This document shows positions 1-9,746 of a stretch of DNA of 64,000 nt, in pieces. Location: positions 1 through 64,000 of IMG/VR virus record IMGVR_UViG_3300046535_002148. One strand, given 5' to 3'. Numbering within the stretch: position 1 is the first letter of the stretch; each line of letters begins with the position of its first letter. The notes under the pieces are model-generated. The model made no database searches, was not told the DNA's origin, and saw nothing but the letters and a program-made list of their open reading frames with translations. Both the position numbers and the translations under genes were made by a program. The stretch comes from a virus.

Positions 1-174
1 TTCGCCGAGTTGCTGCATCCCGAGTTCAAGGTGTCGCTGCGCCTGTTCTCCAAGGCCGGCCGTTCGGTGCGCTGCGAGCTGCGCAGCGACCGGAAGTGGT
101 TCGGGAGCTGGGAGATCGACATGAAATCCCAGTTCGAGCGCGTCAACCTGCGGGTGGCGATGCTCTGCGAGTAG
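1..174 (+). CDS. hypothetical protein, 5'-truncated by window
   Basis: Frame-1 ORF FAELLHPEF...VAMLCE ending TAG at 172-174, GC-rich third positions, followed by a hairpin. Confidence 0.6.
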   Translation, partial: FAELLHPEFKVSLRLFSKAGRSVRCELRSDRKWFGSWEIDMKSQFERVNLRVAMLCE

Positions 175-191
175 TCCGCCCCTGATGCGTA

Positions 192-233
192 GGAGCCCCT
201 GCAGCCTCGTGCTGCAGGGGCTCTCGTGCATTC
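192..233 (+). terminator. hairpin of the early-region cassette motif
   Basis: GAGCCCCTGCAGC...GCTGCAGGGGCTC followed by TCGTGCATT. Confidence 0.55.
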
Positions 234-289
234 AGGTGCACGCCCATGCCGGAAGGGCATGTGTGTCCAGTGACCCATGGAGGTCTGCA

Positions 290-757
290 ATGAACGTCAA
301 GGTGACCCTGCCGGGCAAGCGCTTCACGCTGATGCCGGCCCTGGCCAAGCTCTCCGACGCCGACGCGGCGAAGGGCAAGACGGCCAACACGTACTGGGTG
401 CTGTGCAAGAAGAACGGCTCCCCCGGTGCGGCTGCGATGTACGGCAACAAGCTGCCGCAGCTGGCCGACACGCTCCCGGAGTCGGTGGTCTTCGACCTCG
501 ACGGCCAGCAGGTGACCGTGGTCCTCTCCCGGGGCACGACGACCAAGGGCAAGCTCAAGGTGTCCGGCAAGACCCGCGTCAAGGTCGCTGCCCTGGACGG
601 CGTCGAGAAGGACGTCATGTTCGCGATCAGCCTCCCGGTGCCGGGGTGCTGGAACGTGACGGCCAAGGTCATCGGTGTCGGTTCGGCCGGCGGTGGCGGC
701 ATGGCCGACTTCGACGACTTCGACTGCGAGGACGTCGAGGCTCTGGCCGCGATCTAG
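290..757 (+). CDS. hypothetical protein with acidic C-terminal tail
   Basis: GGAGG RBS before ATG 290; beta-rich sequence ending DFDDFDCEDVEALAAI. Confidence 0.75.
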   Translation: MNVKVTLPGKRFTLMPALAKLSDADAAKGKTANTYWVLCKKNGSPGAAAMYGNKLPQLADTLPESVVFDLDGQQVTVVLSRGTTTKGKLKVSGKTRVKVAALDGVEKDVMFAISLPVPGCWNVTAKVIGVGSAGGGGMADFDDFDCEDVEALAAI

Positions 758-841
758 TCCTGAGCGTGTGCCGGGCCCCAGCGGAGCGTGCCCTCCGCTG
801 GGGTCCGTGTGCGCTCAGCACAGTGATGAGAGGAGGGCGTG

Positions 842-1591
842 ATGCCCGTACTGCGTGCCAACAACGGCTCGCTGCTGATCTCGCCGTGGCGTCCCCGCGG
901 CCAGTTCCTGTACTCGACCCAGGTGTGGGCCGACAGTGCCTGCTCCGGCGCGTACCAGACGTGCGAGTCGCTGGGCCAGCTGGCCGACTACGCCGACGTC
1001 GAGTCCATCCCGGACGGTGTGCTCGCCTACTACGGCGACCGTCCCGAGGTCTTCGCGTTCGCCCTGCTGGGCTGGATGCGTGGCCGCGAGCTCGTCGGCA
1101 GCACGCTGTCCGACCTGCTGCCCGCCCGTGAGCGCAAGGTCGGCACGCGTACCCGTCGACCCCAGCGACAGCGGGAGCAGCTGCCCCCGGGTGTCGTGAT
1201 GACGCCGGAAGGGCATCTGATCTACACGCCGCCCGCCGGTGCGGGAGCGGTGCGTCCGCCGGCTACGGTCCCGGTGCATGTTGCACCTGCGACCAATTCC
1301 GTTCGTGCCTCCGTGTCGAACGATCGGCCCGGACACCAGTCGGCACCCAAGTACGGGCCGGGCGTCAAGCTGCCCGCCGAGTCGGTGCTCATGACCCGCA
1401 CCATGCTCGCCCGCGTCTCACCTGAGGCACGCAAGGCGCTGCGTGCACTGGGCGAGGACCGCTGGGTCGACCGCACCGTGGCCCGTACCCAGCGCCTGCT
1501 GGCATCGAAGTTCGCCACCAAGCACCTGGTCCGCGACCTCGAGGTCCTGTGCTGGGACCAGAGCATCTCCCCGCTCTCCGACTTTGCCTAG
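842..1591 (+). CDS. hypothetical protein
   Basis: AGGAGG RBS; coding-like codon usage. Confidence 0.7.
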   Translation: MPVLRANNGSLLISPWRPRGQFLYSTQVWADSACSGAYQTCESLGQLADYADVESIPDGVLAYYGDRPEVFAFALLGWMRGRELVGSTLSDLLPARERKVGTRTRRPQRQREQLPPGVVMTPEGHLIYTPPAGAGAVRPPATVPVHVAPATNSVRASVSNDRPGHQSAPKYGPGVKLPAESVLMTRTMLARVSPEARKALRALGEDRWVDRTVARTQRLLASKFATKHLVRDLEVLCWDQSISPLSDFA

Positions 1592-1665
1592 GCACCGGTC
1601 GGGGGTTGAGGCCGTGAGTCCCCCTGCAACCATGTCGGCGTCCGAGCCGAACACCAGGGGGCCAC

Positions 1666-2040
1666 GTGTCTGAACCCGAACGCACCACCTACGACACGCT
1701 CGTGGGTGCTCAGGCACCACGCGGCACCACCGACAGGGTGGTCCTGCTGGATGCCTCCGGTCAGACCCGCGAGGTGCCGCTGTTGCGGTTCACCACGTGG
1801 GACTACTGGCACCAGGTGGTGGATTGGATCTGGGACGCGCACGGAGTGGTCAACTCCGGCCTCGACGACCCCTTCCCCACCGAGACGCTGCACCTGTTCC
1901 CCGAAGTGCACGCCCTGATGATGCGCGACATGCGCGGCTTTCACCTGGAGGCCGTCATGTTCGCCGTCCACGTGGACGAGGACTACGGGAAGCACGTGGC
2001 CTTCGACGAAGGTCTGCGCGACCTGCTGAACGGCAGCTAG
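1666..2040 (+). CDS. hypothetical protein
   Basis: ORF track; followed by hairpin. Confidence 0.7.
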   Translation: MSEPERTTYDTLVGAQAPRGTTDRVVLLDASGQTREVPLLRFTTWDYWHQVVDWIWDAHGVVNSGLDDPFPTETLHLFPEVHALMMRDMRGFHLEAVMFAVHVDEDYGKHVAFDEGLRDLLNGS

Positions 2041-2116
2041 CGCCACAGTCACCAGCCCCATCGGGCCGTACACCAATCGGTGTGCGGCCTTTTCGCTTTC
2101 CTGGAAGGGAAACACC

Positions 2117-2383
2117 GTGGCAATCCCCGAGAACTACGAGGCCGAGCCTCACCCCGGCAACACCGAGTGGGGCAGCCTGCCCCGCGTCCACCGCATCCGC
2201 GTGCGGCTCACCATCGACGGCCGGCGCTTCACCTGGGCCGAGGTCGACCCCGGCACCGAGGCCATGCCGGGCATCGGCCACCTCATCGACGCAGACGGCA
2301 ACGTCGTCGCCGTCTGCAGCCTCGAGCTCACCAACGAGGTGTTCACCGTCGCCCGGGCCGAGGTCATCACCCCGACCCCGTGA
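2117..2383 (+). CDS. hypothetical protein
   Basis: GGAAGGGA RBS, GTG start. Confidence 0.7.
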   Translation: MAIPENYEAEPHPGNTEWGSLPRVHRIRVRLTIDGRRFTWAEVDPGTEAMPGIGHLIDADGNVVAVCSLELTNEVFTVARAEVITPTP

Positions 2384-2461
2384 CCCCCCCATTAGCCAGA
2401 CACCCCCTGGGCCGGAACGCCATTCCGGCACCCAGGGGGTGTCTCTCACCAGGGAGGCACC

Positions 2462-2659
2462 GTGCAACCCAAGCTGTACTTCCGCGTCACCTCGCCGGCG
2501 TACGACGAGCCGCTCAGTGACGGCGAGACGGTGTTCACCGTCAGGCACCGGGCCCACGGCGACGTGCTGCGGGCTTCGGGCGTGGTGTGGATCGAGAACA
2601 CCACCTTGGACGCCGCCGCCGCGGAGTTCCCCGACGGCACCGTGTTCACCGTCGTCTAG
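2462..2659 (+). CDS. hypothetical protein
   Basis: GGGAGG RBS, GTG start. Confidence 0.65.
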   Translation: MQPKLYFRVTSPAYDEPLSDGETVFTVRHRAHGDVLRASGVVWIENTTLDAAAAEFPDGTVFTVV

Positions 2660-2776
2660 GTCACCTCGACCCCGCCAACCACTCACCGAGGGGTGAGTGG
2701 TTGTCAGGACCGAGGATCCACCGGGCCCGGCTGGAATCACCAGCCGGGCTTCCGCGTCTCTGGAAGGAGATCCACC

Positions 2777-3100
2777 ATGAGGCTGACCGCACAGCAGTGC
2801 GCCGCCTACGTCGCCACCGCCGAGGGCATGAGCGGCGAGGAGGCGGCGGTCTTCGGCCGCACCCCGCGGCTCTACGACGAGAGCACCAAGCGGTGGCGCG
2901 ACCTCACCCCGGGCGAGATCGCCCGTGGCCGGCGCTTCATCGCCCGGGCACCGCAGCGTGCCGCTCACCACCTGCGCGAGGAGCAGACCTGGGAGCGGAC
3001 CGCGCTGGCCGACCAGCGCCGCGAGCGCTCCGGCACCGACACCATGCGGCTCCGGTCGGCCTCCGAGGGCATCGCCCGCATCGCTGCGAGCACCCGATGA
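2777..3100 (+). CDS. hypothetical protein
   Basis: AAGGAG RBS before ATG 2777; ATGA overlap with next gene. Confidence 0.65.
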   Translation: MRLTAQQCAAYVATAEGMSGEEAAVFGRTPRLYDESTKRWRDLTPGEIARGRRFIARAPQRAAHHLREEQTWERTALADQRRERSGTDTMRLRSASEGIARIAASTR

Positions 3101-3456
3101 GCCGGGACACCCGCCGGCCCCGGGACGTGTACGCCTACTACGGCGACACCGACGAGACCGAGAAGAGCCTGATCCTGCTCGAGCAGGTCACCGCGGCCTA
3201 CTGGAACGCCGCCTGCGACGAACGCAGCACCGTCTGCTCCAGCGCCGGCGACACCATCTATGCCGCACTGTCCGAGGCTATGCGCCGGACGCTCTACCTG
3301 GTCACCGGCGACGAGGAGATCAGCAGCTGGATCAAGGACCGCATGATCGACTCCGGCCTCGAGCCGCGTGAGGCGATCGAGGAGTGGTTCAGCGCCGTGG
3401 CACGGGAGTGCCGCTGGGACGTTGCGGACACCTTCTGGGAGGTCGTGGTCGCATGA
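3097..3456 (+). CDS. hypothetical protein
   Basis: ATGA-coupled on both sides. Confidence 0.7.
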   Translation: MSRDTRRPRDVYAYYGDTDETEKSLILLEQVTAAYWNAACDERSTVCSSAGDTIYAALSEAMRRTLYLVTGDEEISSWIKDRMIDSGLEPREAIEEWFSAVARECRWDVADTFWEVVVA

Positions 3457-3857
3457 GCGAGCACATCGAGTGGGACGTCACCTTCGACGGGACGCCCGAG
3501 GGCATCCACGAGTGGCTGTGCGTCGCCACCTTCAGCATCGCCGGCACCAAGGACGGCTGGGACGTCAGCAACCATCAGCTGCCCACGTTCGTCCTGCCGC
3601 GCAACACCGGCAACTCCGCCCGGGCCAACGCCCAGCACATCATCGGCGGGCTGTGGAACCGGCACGGCGGCAAGGACGACGGCGAGATCACCGTGCACAT
3701 GGTGATGAGCCCCCGACTGCCCGTCGATCCCGAGATCGCCGAGCACGAACGCGTCATGGCCAACGCACCTGCCGGCCCGATGCGCGATCACGTGGCCACC
3801 GGCGGTCCCGAGGCCGTCACCAACCTGCGCGACTTCTTCGCACCGATCGAGGACTGA
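3453..3857 (+). CDS. hypothetical protein
   Basis: ATGA-coupled. Confidence 0.7.
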   Translation: MSEHIEWDVTFDGTPEGIHEWLCVATFSIAGTKDGWDVSNHQLPTFVLPRNTGNSARANAQHIIGGLWNRHGGKDDGEITVHMVMSPRLPVDPEIAEHERVMANAPAGPMRDHVATGGPEAVTNLRDFFAPIED

Positions 3858-4009
3858 TGTTCACCATCGAGGCCAACTCCGAGGCCGGACGGCACCTCGC
3901 CGCCGTACTCGCCGACCCGCACACCTACAAGGTGTCGATCGAACCGCGCACGAACGGCGTGGCGATCAAGCAGAACGAGCACATGTGGTCGCCCACGCTG
4001 GCGGCCTGA
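3857..4009 (+). CDS. small hypothetical protein (MFTIEANSE...)
   Basis: TGATG coupling, 50 aa. Confidence 0.6.
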   Translation: MFTIEANSEAGRHLAAVLADPHTYKVSIEPRTNGVAIKQNEHMWSPTLAA

Positions 4010-4069
4010 CACCTCGTCACATCAACGCACCGTACTGGTGCCAACGACTTCCGGTCCGCCAACCGGGAG

Positions 4070-4106
4070 AAAGCCCCGGGTGGCTGCCCGGGGCTTTTTC
4101 ATGCCC
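4070..4106 (+). terminator. hairpin of the cassette motif (terminator-like)
   Basis: AAAGCCCCGGG...CCCGGGGCTTTTTCATGCCC. Confidence 0.65.
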
Positions 4107-4129
4107 GAAAGAGATGAGTTCACCAACAC

Positions 4130-4813
4130 ATGCGCAACCTCATCACCGGCCTGCTCCTCGGGGCCTGCACCGCCGCCGTCATCGCCCCCGCCACCCCGGC
4201 CCAGGCCCTGCACCGGGACACCTACGGCACCCTGTGGCAGAACAACGCCAACATGCTGTGGGCACCGGACTTCCGGGTCAGCAGCGGGGAGACGCTCGGT
4301 GCCAACGCCGCCGCCCAGTGGAACGCCGCTCGACACGGCTCGAACCCGGGGTTCAACCGCTCGTCCGCGGCGGGCCCGCTGTCCTTCGACACCTCCGGCG
4401 CGTGCGGTCCTCGCAACTCCAGCAGCGGCAACATCAACGTCGGCGTCACCCAGGTCGACCTGGGCGGTTCCGTGGCCGGTCAAGCGCGCCTGTGCCTGAA
4501 CACCTCGACGAACCACTACTGGGGCGCCCTGGTCAAGATGGACGACAACGGTGGCGGCGCAGGCTGGTACGCCGGCACCGGAACCCCGGGCGCGACCCAG
4601 CGCGACAAGTTCAGCGTCATGGTCCACGAGTTCGGCCACGTCACCGGCCAGAACTACGACTGGCCGGACAACGACGCGACGGGCCTGTGCCCCACCGCCG
4701 GCCACGGTGACATCACCAAGCGGATCACCATGTGCGGGCAGATCCTGCTCGGTCGTACCGATCAGCGATCGCTGGCGACCGAGGACGTCGACGCCTTCAA
4801 CTACGACTACTAG
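4130..4813 (+). CDS. secreted zinc metallopeptidase-like protein (metzincin/matrixin-like)
   Basis: Signal peptide ending PAQA; HEFGHVTG motif; downstream ITM Met-turn-like segment. Confidence 0.7.
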   Translation: MRNLITGLLLGACTAAVIAPATPAQALHRDTYGTLWQNNANMLWAPDFRVSSGETLGANAAAQWNAARHGSNPGFNRSSAAGPLSFDTSGACGPRNSSSGNINVGVTQVDLGGSVAGQARLCLNTSTNHYWGALVKMDDNGGGAGWYAGTGTPGATQRDKFSVMVHEFGHVTGQNYDWPDNDATGLCPTAGHGDITKRITMCGQILLGRTDQRSLATEDVDAFNYDY

Positions 4814-4892
4814 GCCTGACACCGCCGGGTCGCGCCTTGACAGGTGCGACCCGGCACCTGACCATCCCCCCATTGACCTTGGAGGTCACCAC

Positions 4893-5351
4893 ATGCGCTC
4901 TACCCGCATCGCAACGCTCACCGGCGGCGCTGTTCTCGGCTTCGGGCTGATTGCCGTCGGCATCCACGCCGCGAGCGCCGACCAGTCCCAGCTGCCGGGT
5001 CCGCTGGACGTCAACAAGTCCGCCGCAGGTCCGCACCTCACACCCGACCTGAAGACCTGCCCGCGGTCGGACCAGCGCGGCGAGATCATCATCGACGACT
5101 TCGCCACGACACCTGACCTCAAGCACCTGAGCCCGGTTCAGGCCGGCAACGCTTACCTCACGCAGGCCGATCCGTGGACCAAGGCCCATGCCGACTCGTC
5201 GAAGACGACCGCGGCACCGGACCCGACGTCGCCGCTGACCCGACAGCACGTGTCCATCTTCAACAAGGACGGTCAGCTGATCGCCCTGCAGGTTGCCTAC
5301 AACGAGGGCATCGCAGGCTGGCACATCCTGCGCTCGTACGAGTGCGACTGA
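4893..5351 (+). CDS. secreted hypothetical protein
   Basis: GGAGG RBS; signal peptide MRSTRIATLTGGAVLGFGLIAVGIHAASA. Confidence 0.7.
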   Translation: MRSTRIATLTGGAVLGFGLIAVGIHAASADQSQLPGPLDVNKSAAGPHLTPDLKTCPRSDQRGEIIIDDFATTPDLKHLSPVQAGNAYLTQADPWTKAHADSSKTTAAPDPTSPLTRQHVSIFNKDGQLIALQVAYNEGIAGWHILRSYECD

Positions 5352-5437
5352 TCTAGACGGCATCACCGAAGCCCCGCGGCCATGTTGGTCGCGGGGCTTC
5401 CTGCTGTGCCGGCACAACCCTTGAGGAGGAGAGACCA

Positions 5438-5770
5438 GTGGCGACAGCCATTGCACTGAAGACCGTCACCCTGCAGCAGGAGCCGGACACCGGCATGTGG
5501 CAGGCCTACCTCAACACCGCGACCGGTCCGGTCGCGCACCGCCGCTACCCGCTGCGCAGCGTGGCGGTCGACGACCTGTTCGCCAGCCGGTTCCGCATCG
5601 AGAGCCAGACCACCGGCCGCTCCGAGTGGGTGCTCTGGAAGTGCCCCAAGTGCGGGCACCAGGGCCCGATGGACGACGACAGCCGCGAGTACACCGCCGG
5701 CCGCGTCTTCGTCCTGTCGTGCAACCGCTGCAACCTCAAGTGCGACTACCCCACGGCGGTGGCCGCGTGA
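5438..5770 (+). CDS. zinc-ribbon protein
   Basis: CPKC...CNRC; GAGGAGG RBS. Confidence 0.7.
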   Translation: MATAIALKTVTLQQEPDTGMWQAYLNTATGPVAHRRYPLRSVAVDDLFASRFRIESQTTGRSEWVLWKCPKCGHQGPMDDDSREYTAGRVFVLSCNRCNLKCDYPTAVAA

Positions 5771-6273
5771 CCAGCTACAGCGTCACCAACCGGTTCGTGG
5801 ACGACCCGCAGGTCCAGCGCGAGGCCGACTGCGACACCTTCATGTACGGCGCCTGCCGGGCACTGCTCGACGAGGCGGACGCCGAGGAGCAGCCGCACCC
5901 CGAGATCGAGACCGTGACCACCGAGGCCGTGTGGTGGCACATCGACCGGCTCGGCTGGGAGCTCGACGCCATCACCAGCGAAGGAAGCATCGACGTCCCG
6001 GAGTTCCTCACCACCTGGGCCGAGGCCAACCACGACGAGCTCGCCGAGCTCGACTGGGCGTACGCACCGGCCCGGGACCTCGAGGCGTACCCGTGGTACC
6101 GCGCCGGCTACCTGTTCATTCACTCCGTCATGGGTTCGGGCATCGGGCTGTGGGAGTGCGGCGAAGCGGGCAAGCGCCTGCACGAATCGCTCTACATGGC
6201 CGTCTTCTTCGAGGCCTGGGAGCTCGGCAACAAGGTCCACGTCCAATTCAGCACCCGCAGCAAGGAGAACTGA
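5767..6273 (+). CDS. hypothetical protein
   Basis: GTGA coupling; acidic. Confidence 0.7.
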   Translation: MTSYSVTNRFVDDPQVQREADCDTFMYGACRALLDEADAEEQPHPEIETVTTEAVWWHIDRLGWELDAITSEGSIDVPEFLTTWAEANHDELAELDWAYAPARDLEAYPWYRAGYLFIHSVMGSGIGLWECGEAGKRLHESLYMAVFFEAWELGNKVHVQFSTRSKEN

Positions 6274-6274
6274 C

Positions 6275-6652
6275 GTGCGCAAGTACGCCACCGTGATCGC
6301 CGCGACCCTGGTCGCACTGAGTGCCTGCGGCACCGTCCGCGCGACATCCGCACCGGACGCCAGGACCCTCGTCCGCACGGCCTCCGGCACCCCGGTCGTC
6401 GCACCGTCGCCGACCGTCGAGCCCATCGACCTGCTCACCGTGCACGACCGGGCCGACCGATCCGGCCTGCTCGCCACGCTGCACTCGCTGCCCCCGTGCG
6501 AGTACGAGGACGGCAACAGCGACGGGCGCGCCTGCAGCTGGGACGAGACGTTCTACATCACCTGCGACCAGCAGATCGTCTACATCGACGCGGCCATGGA
6601 CCGGAAGTACGGCGGTCCCACGGACACCGGCTACCCGGACACCTGCGCATGA
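6275..6652 (+). CDS. putative lipoprotein
   Basis: MRKYATVIAATLVALSAC: lipobox LSAC. Confidence 0.65.
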   Translation: MRKYATVIAATLVALSACGTVRATSAPDARTLVRTASGTPVVAPSPTVEPIDLLTVHDRADRSGLLATLHSLPPCEYEDGNSDGRACSWDETFYITCDQQIVYIDAAMDRKYGGPTDTGYPDTCA

Positions 6653-6918
6653 GCGACGCACTCGAAACCGCCATCCGCGACACCGCGATCGGCTGCCCCG
6701 AACAGTTCCTCGCCGTCACCAAACTGCTCGAGGCCGCGGCCGAGGCACGCCGTAGCGCCGACCTCATCGAGGACATCGAGCCTCACCTGAGCGGGGAGCT
6801 GCACCGCGTGGCGGGCGATGCGTGTGTCGTCGCCGAGAGGTTGCTCGGCGCGATCACGTCCGACGAGATCACGCGGGTCGTGCTGTTCGCCGAGCTCCGC
6901 AACCGCGCCCGCACCTGA
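6649..6918 (+). CDS. hypothetical helical protein
   Basis: ATGA coupling. Confidence 0.65.
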   Translation: MSDALETAIRDTAIGCPEQFLAVTKLLEAAAEARRSADLIEDIEPHLSGELHRVAGDACVVAERLLGAITSDEITRVVLFAELRNRART

Positions 6919-6994
6919 GCAACAACTCCCGAGCTGTCTTGGGAGTTCTTTCGCCCCTGACCGCAGCACCGACTCCAGCAGGAGGCTCTTCACC

Positions 6995-7258
6995 ATGCCC
7001 GTTTCCCTGGCCAAGGCCACCGACTTCATCGCCGACGTGCCTTCGCAGGTGGTCTTCGAGGTCGTCGAGCAGAGCCGGCACGACCGTCGCACCGCCCTGG
7101 AGGCGATCCAGCGCCGTGACCCCGACGGCGACGAGGACCGCACCGGCCCGCCCACCGACGCCGACTACGCCGCCCACGAGCGCTGGGCTGTGGCCACCTA
7201 CGGCGACCAGCTCTACCAGGACTACGTCGTCGGTGGCTGGGCCACCCCCGAGGTCTGA
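6995..7258 (+). CDS. hypothetical protein
   Basis: AGGAGG RBS. Confidence 0.7.
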   Translation: MPVSLAKATDFIADVPSQVVFEVVEQSRHDRRTALEAIQRRDPDGDEDRTGPPTDADYAAHERWAVATYGDQLYQDYVVGGWATPEV

Positions 7259-7261
7259 GGC

Positions 7262-7435
7262 ATGACCGTCCACGCCAACTACCCGCACGAGCCGGGCCGT
7301 CTCTACGACTGCCCGGCGTGCGAGAGCACCTGTCACTGCAAGGCCGGCGAGACCGAATGCGTCCACGACGGCCGGCACAACGGCACCGCCGCGACCGAGA
7401 CCCCAGAAGGACTGACCCATGACGACTCTCGCTGA
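7262..7435 (+). CDS. small Cys/His-rich protein (not in ORF track)
   Basis: MTVHANYPHEPGRLYDCPACESTCHC...CVH, 57 aa. Confidence 0.6.
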   Translation: MTVHANYPHEPGRLYDCPACESTCHCKAGETECVHDGRHNGTAATETPEGLTHDDSR

Positions 7436-7664
7436 CACCACCACGACCATCGCCCCGGGCGAGATCGGCACCGCCGAGATGCCCTGGAGCGAGGTCTGCA
7501 TGCACCTGCGCGTGGCCGGAAAGGTCATGCGCTTCGAGTTCCTCGGGACCGCGGTGCAGCTGCTGGACGAGGACGGCAAGCCGTTCAGCTTCCCGATCAC
7601 CGCAGGCGAAGCCGGTATCCACCAGCACCCCGACGGCACCTACTACTACGAGGGGCAGACATGA
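7419..7664 (+). CDS. hypothetical protein
   Basis: AAGGA RBS. Confidence 0.65.
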   Translation: MTTLADTTTTIAPGEIGTAEMPWSEVCMHLRVAGKVMRFEFLGTAVQLLDEDGKPFSFPITAGEAGIHQHPDGTYYYEGQT

Positions 7665-8155
7665 GCGCCTGGGTCGTCAGCACCCACCACATCAACGCCC
7701 TGCTCCACGCCGGCCTCTACCTGTCCAACCAGCAGTGCCAGGGCTCCAAGCTCGTCTGGCGCTGCGGCGACGAGGAGGAGACCACCATCGCCAACGGACT
7801 GCGGTACGTCCTGGGCGACACCTACCGCGAGCTCACCTACGACAACGCCTCGCTGGTCGGCGCGATCCTGCTGGCGCAGAACATCCGCAGCGTCAACCAC
7901 CGGTACAACGAGGACGACCTCGAGCCCATCTACGAGTACCGGCAGCCCCCCGGCCGTCCGGACCCGTTGATCACCCTCAAGCTGATCTGCTGCCTGCGCT
8001 GCCAGAGCAACGAGACCAGCGACTACGAGGACACCGAGGCCTACCGCTTCACCGAGGCCCTGCAGGACGTCGCGATCGGGCTGCTGCCCGGCTTCGACGA
8101 GGCGCCCTGGGGCGTCAACGACACCAACGTCTGGCAGAAGGCAACCACCCGATGA
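7661..8155 (+). CDS. hypothetical protein
   Basis: ATGA coupling; NIRSVNHRY and CLRCQS motifs resemble a plasmid/phage small-gene family. Confidence 0.7.
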   Translation: MSAWVVSTHHINALLHAGLYLSNQQCQGSKLVWRCGDEEETTIANGLRYVLGDTYRELTYDNASLVGAILLAQNIRSVNHRYNEDDLEPIYEYRQPPGRPDPLITLKLICCLRCQSNETSDYEDTEAYRFTEALQDVAIGLLPGFDEAPWGVNDTNVWQKATTR

Positions 8156-8427
8156 TCGCGATACCGCTGCCCCCCGCCGTCCCGGAGATCGTCGTCCGGG
8201 ACGGCGCCGTGTTCTGCCCGCACTGCGACCAACGGGACACCATCCAGGAGGTCGACTGCGCCACCCGGGGCAACCCCGGCGAGTTCACCATCGAGAACGG
8301 CCGGATCGTCGCCGTCTTCTGGAAGACCGGCGACGGCAACTTCGAGACCACGGGCTATGAGTGCAACAACTGCATGGGCCCGGTCCTCATCCCGAACATC
8401 ACCGACATCGACCAGGACTGGTGCTGA
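8152..8427 (+). CDS. zinc-ribbon protein
   Basis: CPHC...CNNC. Confidence 0.7.
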   Translation: MIAIPLPPAVPEIVVRDGAVFCPHCDQRDTIQEVDCATRGNPGEFTIENGRIVAVFWKTGDGNFETTGYECNNCMGPVLIPNITDIDQDWC

Positions 8428-9017
8428 CCATTTACACACCTTGGGGCGCATCCCAGACCAAGCAGAACATCAGCCGCGGAATCATCCTGGTCACCACGGC
8501 CTCGCATGGTGGGGTGCACCTCTCCCCCACCGTCAACGACCAGGTGCACCCGGCCTGGCGTGACGAGCACGGCTGGTACGAGGAGGACTGCGAGGCCAAC
8601 ATCGCCGTCGTCACCTTCCCGGACGAGTTCAAGGCTGCCGGCTGGACCGAGGAGCACGTCACCAAGGCAGCCGAAAGTCTCCGGCGCTGGTACCCCGACC
8701 AGTACATGACCGTCTACGGCGTCACCATCGACCCCTCGGAGAGTCACGTCCTGCGGGAGCGGCTGTTCCGGGAGCAGCACGCGAACGACTGGATCACCAT
8801 CACCGCCTGGGGTGACTGGCACGAGGACGTCCCCGAGGGCATGGTCGGCGTCGCCGCCACCAAGGGCGGCACCCGTGAGTCCGACGTGACCCGGGGTCAC
8901 TTCCTGATCCCCAAGGACGAGTACGACGACCGGGGCGAGTTCAGCTTCGTCGTCGACACCACGCGCCACGAGGGCTGGACCGCCTACCCCGGCCGCGTCA
9001 CCAAGTGCGCCAACTGA
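8421..9017 (+). CDS. DUF7007-like protein
   Basis: TPWG...TASHGGVHLS...GWYEEDC motif string. Confidence 0.6.
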   Translation: MLTIYTPWGASQTKQNISRGIILVTTASHGGVHLSPTVNDQVHPAWRDEHGWYEEDCEANIAVVTFPDEFKAAGWTEEHVTKAAESLRRWYPDQYMTVYGVTIDPSESHVLRERLFREQHANDWITITAWGDWHEDVPEGMVGVAATKGGTRESDVTRGHFLIPKDEYDDRGEFSFVVDTTRHEGWTAYPGRVTKCAN

Positions 9018-9031
9018 CTGGAGGTCAGATC

Positions 9032-9745
9032 ATGAGCACCCTGCACGAGCGGGTCCACAGGATCCGCGCGAAGGCCCCGTTGCTGGGCATGAGCACCGCG
9101 GTGTCGATAGCGCGCTACGAGGTCAAGCAGTCCGAGCTGCCCTTCCTCAACGACGTGCCCACGTACTTCACCACCGGCCAGGTTGCCCGCGGCGAGCACC
9201 TGGGCTTCACCGTGACGGTCTCGCTGGAGTACGACGAGACCGCGCGGCTCGGCGACGACGACGTGACCGGCACGTTCCACAGCACCGAGCCGGGTCCGCA
9301 CTGCATCGAGAACAAGGCGCGCTACTACTGCTACAGCCAGAACGGCCAGGGTGAGAAGTGGTACACCCCGGCCAACATCCGGGTCTCCGAGGCCGATGGC
9401 TGGAAGTGGTTTCACCAGCACGACGGCATGTCCAAGCAGGTCGCCCGGGAGTACCTGGCCGAGATGATCCGCCGCGACATGCAGGAAGACGCCGACCGCA
9501 ACTACTACGTGGTGCACGTCAACATCGCCCACGACGGCGACACCCTGAACGACCAATGGCTCGCAGGGGTTGACGTGTTCGACGACGCCGCCGGCCGCGC
9601 CTACATCATCGAAACGGCGAGCAACCTGATCGACGAGGCGTTCGCCGAGCTGCGGGACGACACCGATCACCAGTTGGCCCGTGCCCACGAGCGCATCGCC
9701 AAGCTCACCAAGCTCCGCGCGCTCCTGAAAGTAGGAGGCCCCTGA
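9032..9745 (+). CDS. hypothetical protein
   Basis: GGAGG RBS before ATG 9032. Confidence 0.7.
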   Translation: MSTLHERVHRIRAKAPLLGMSTAVSIARYEVKQSELPFLNDVPTYFTTGQVARGEHLGFTVTVSLEYDETARLGDDDVTGTFHSTEPGPHCIENKARYYCYSQNGQGEKWYTPANIRVSEADGWKWFHQHDGMSKQVAREYLAEMIRRDMQEDADRNYYVVHVNIAHDGDTLNDQWLAGVDVFDDAAGRAYIIETASNLIDEAFAELRDDTDHQLARAHERIAKLTKLRALLKVGGP

Positions 9746-9746
9746 T

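Noticed and set aside
4824-4856. Hairpin sharing CCGGGTCGC/GCGACCCGG with the 20424 hairpin
   Set aside because: A 9-bp GC-rich match in only two places could be chance
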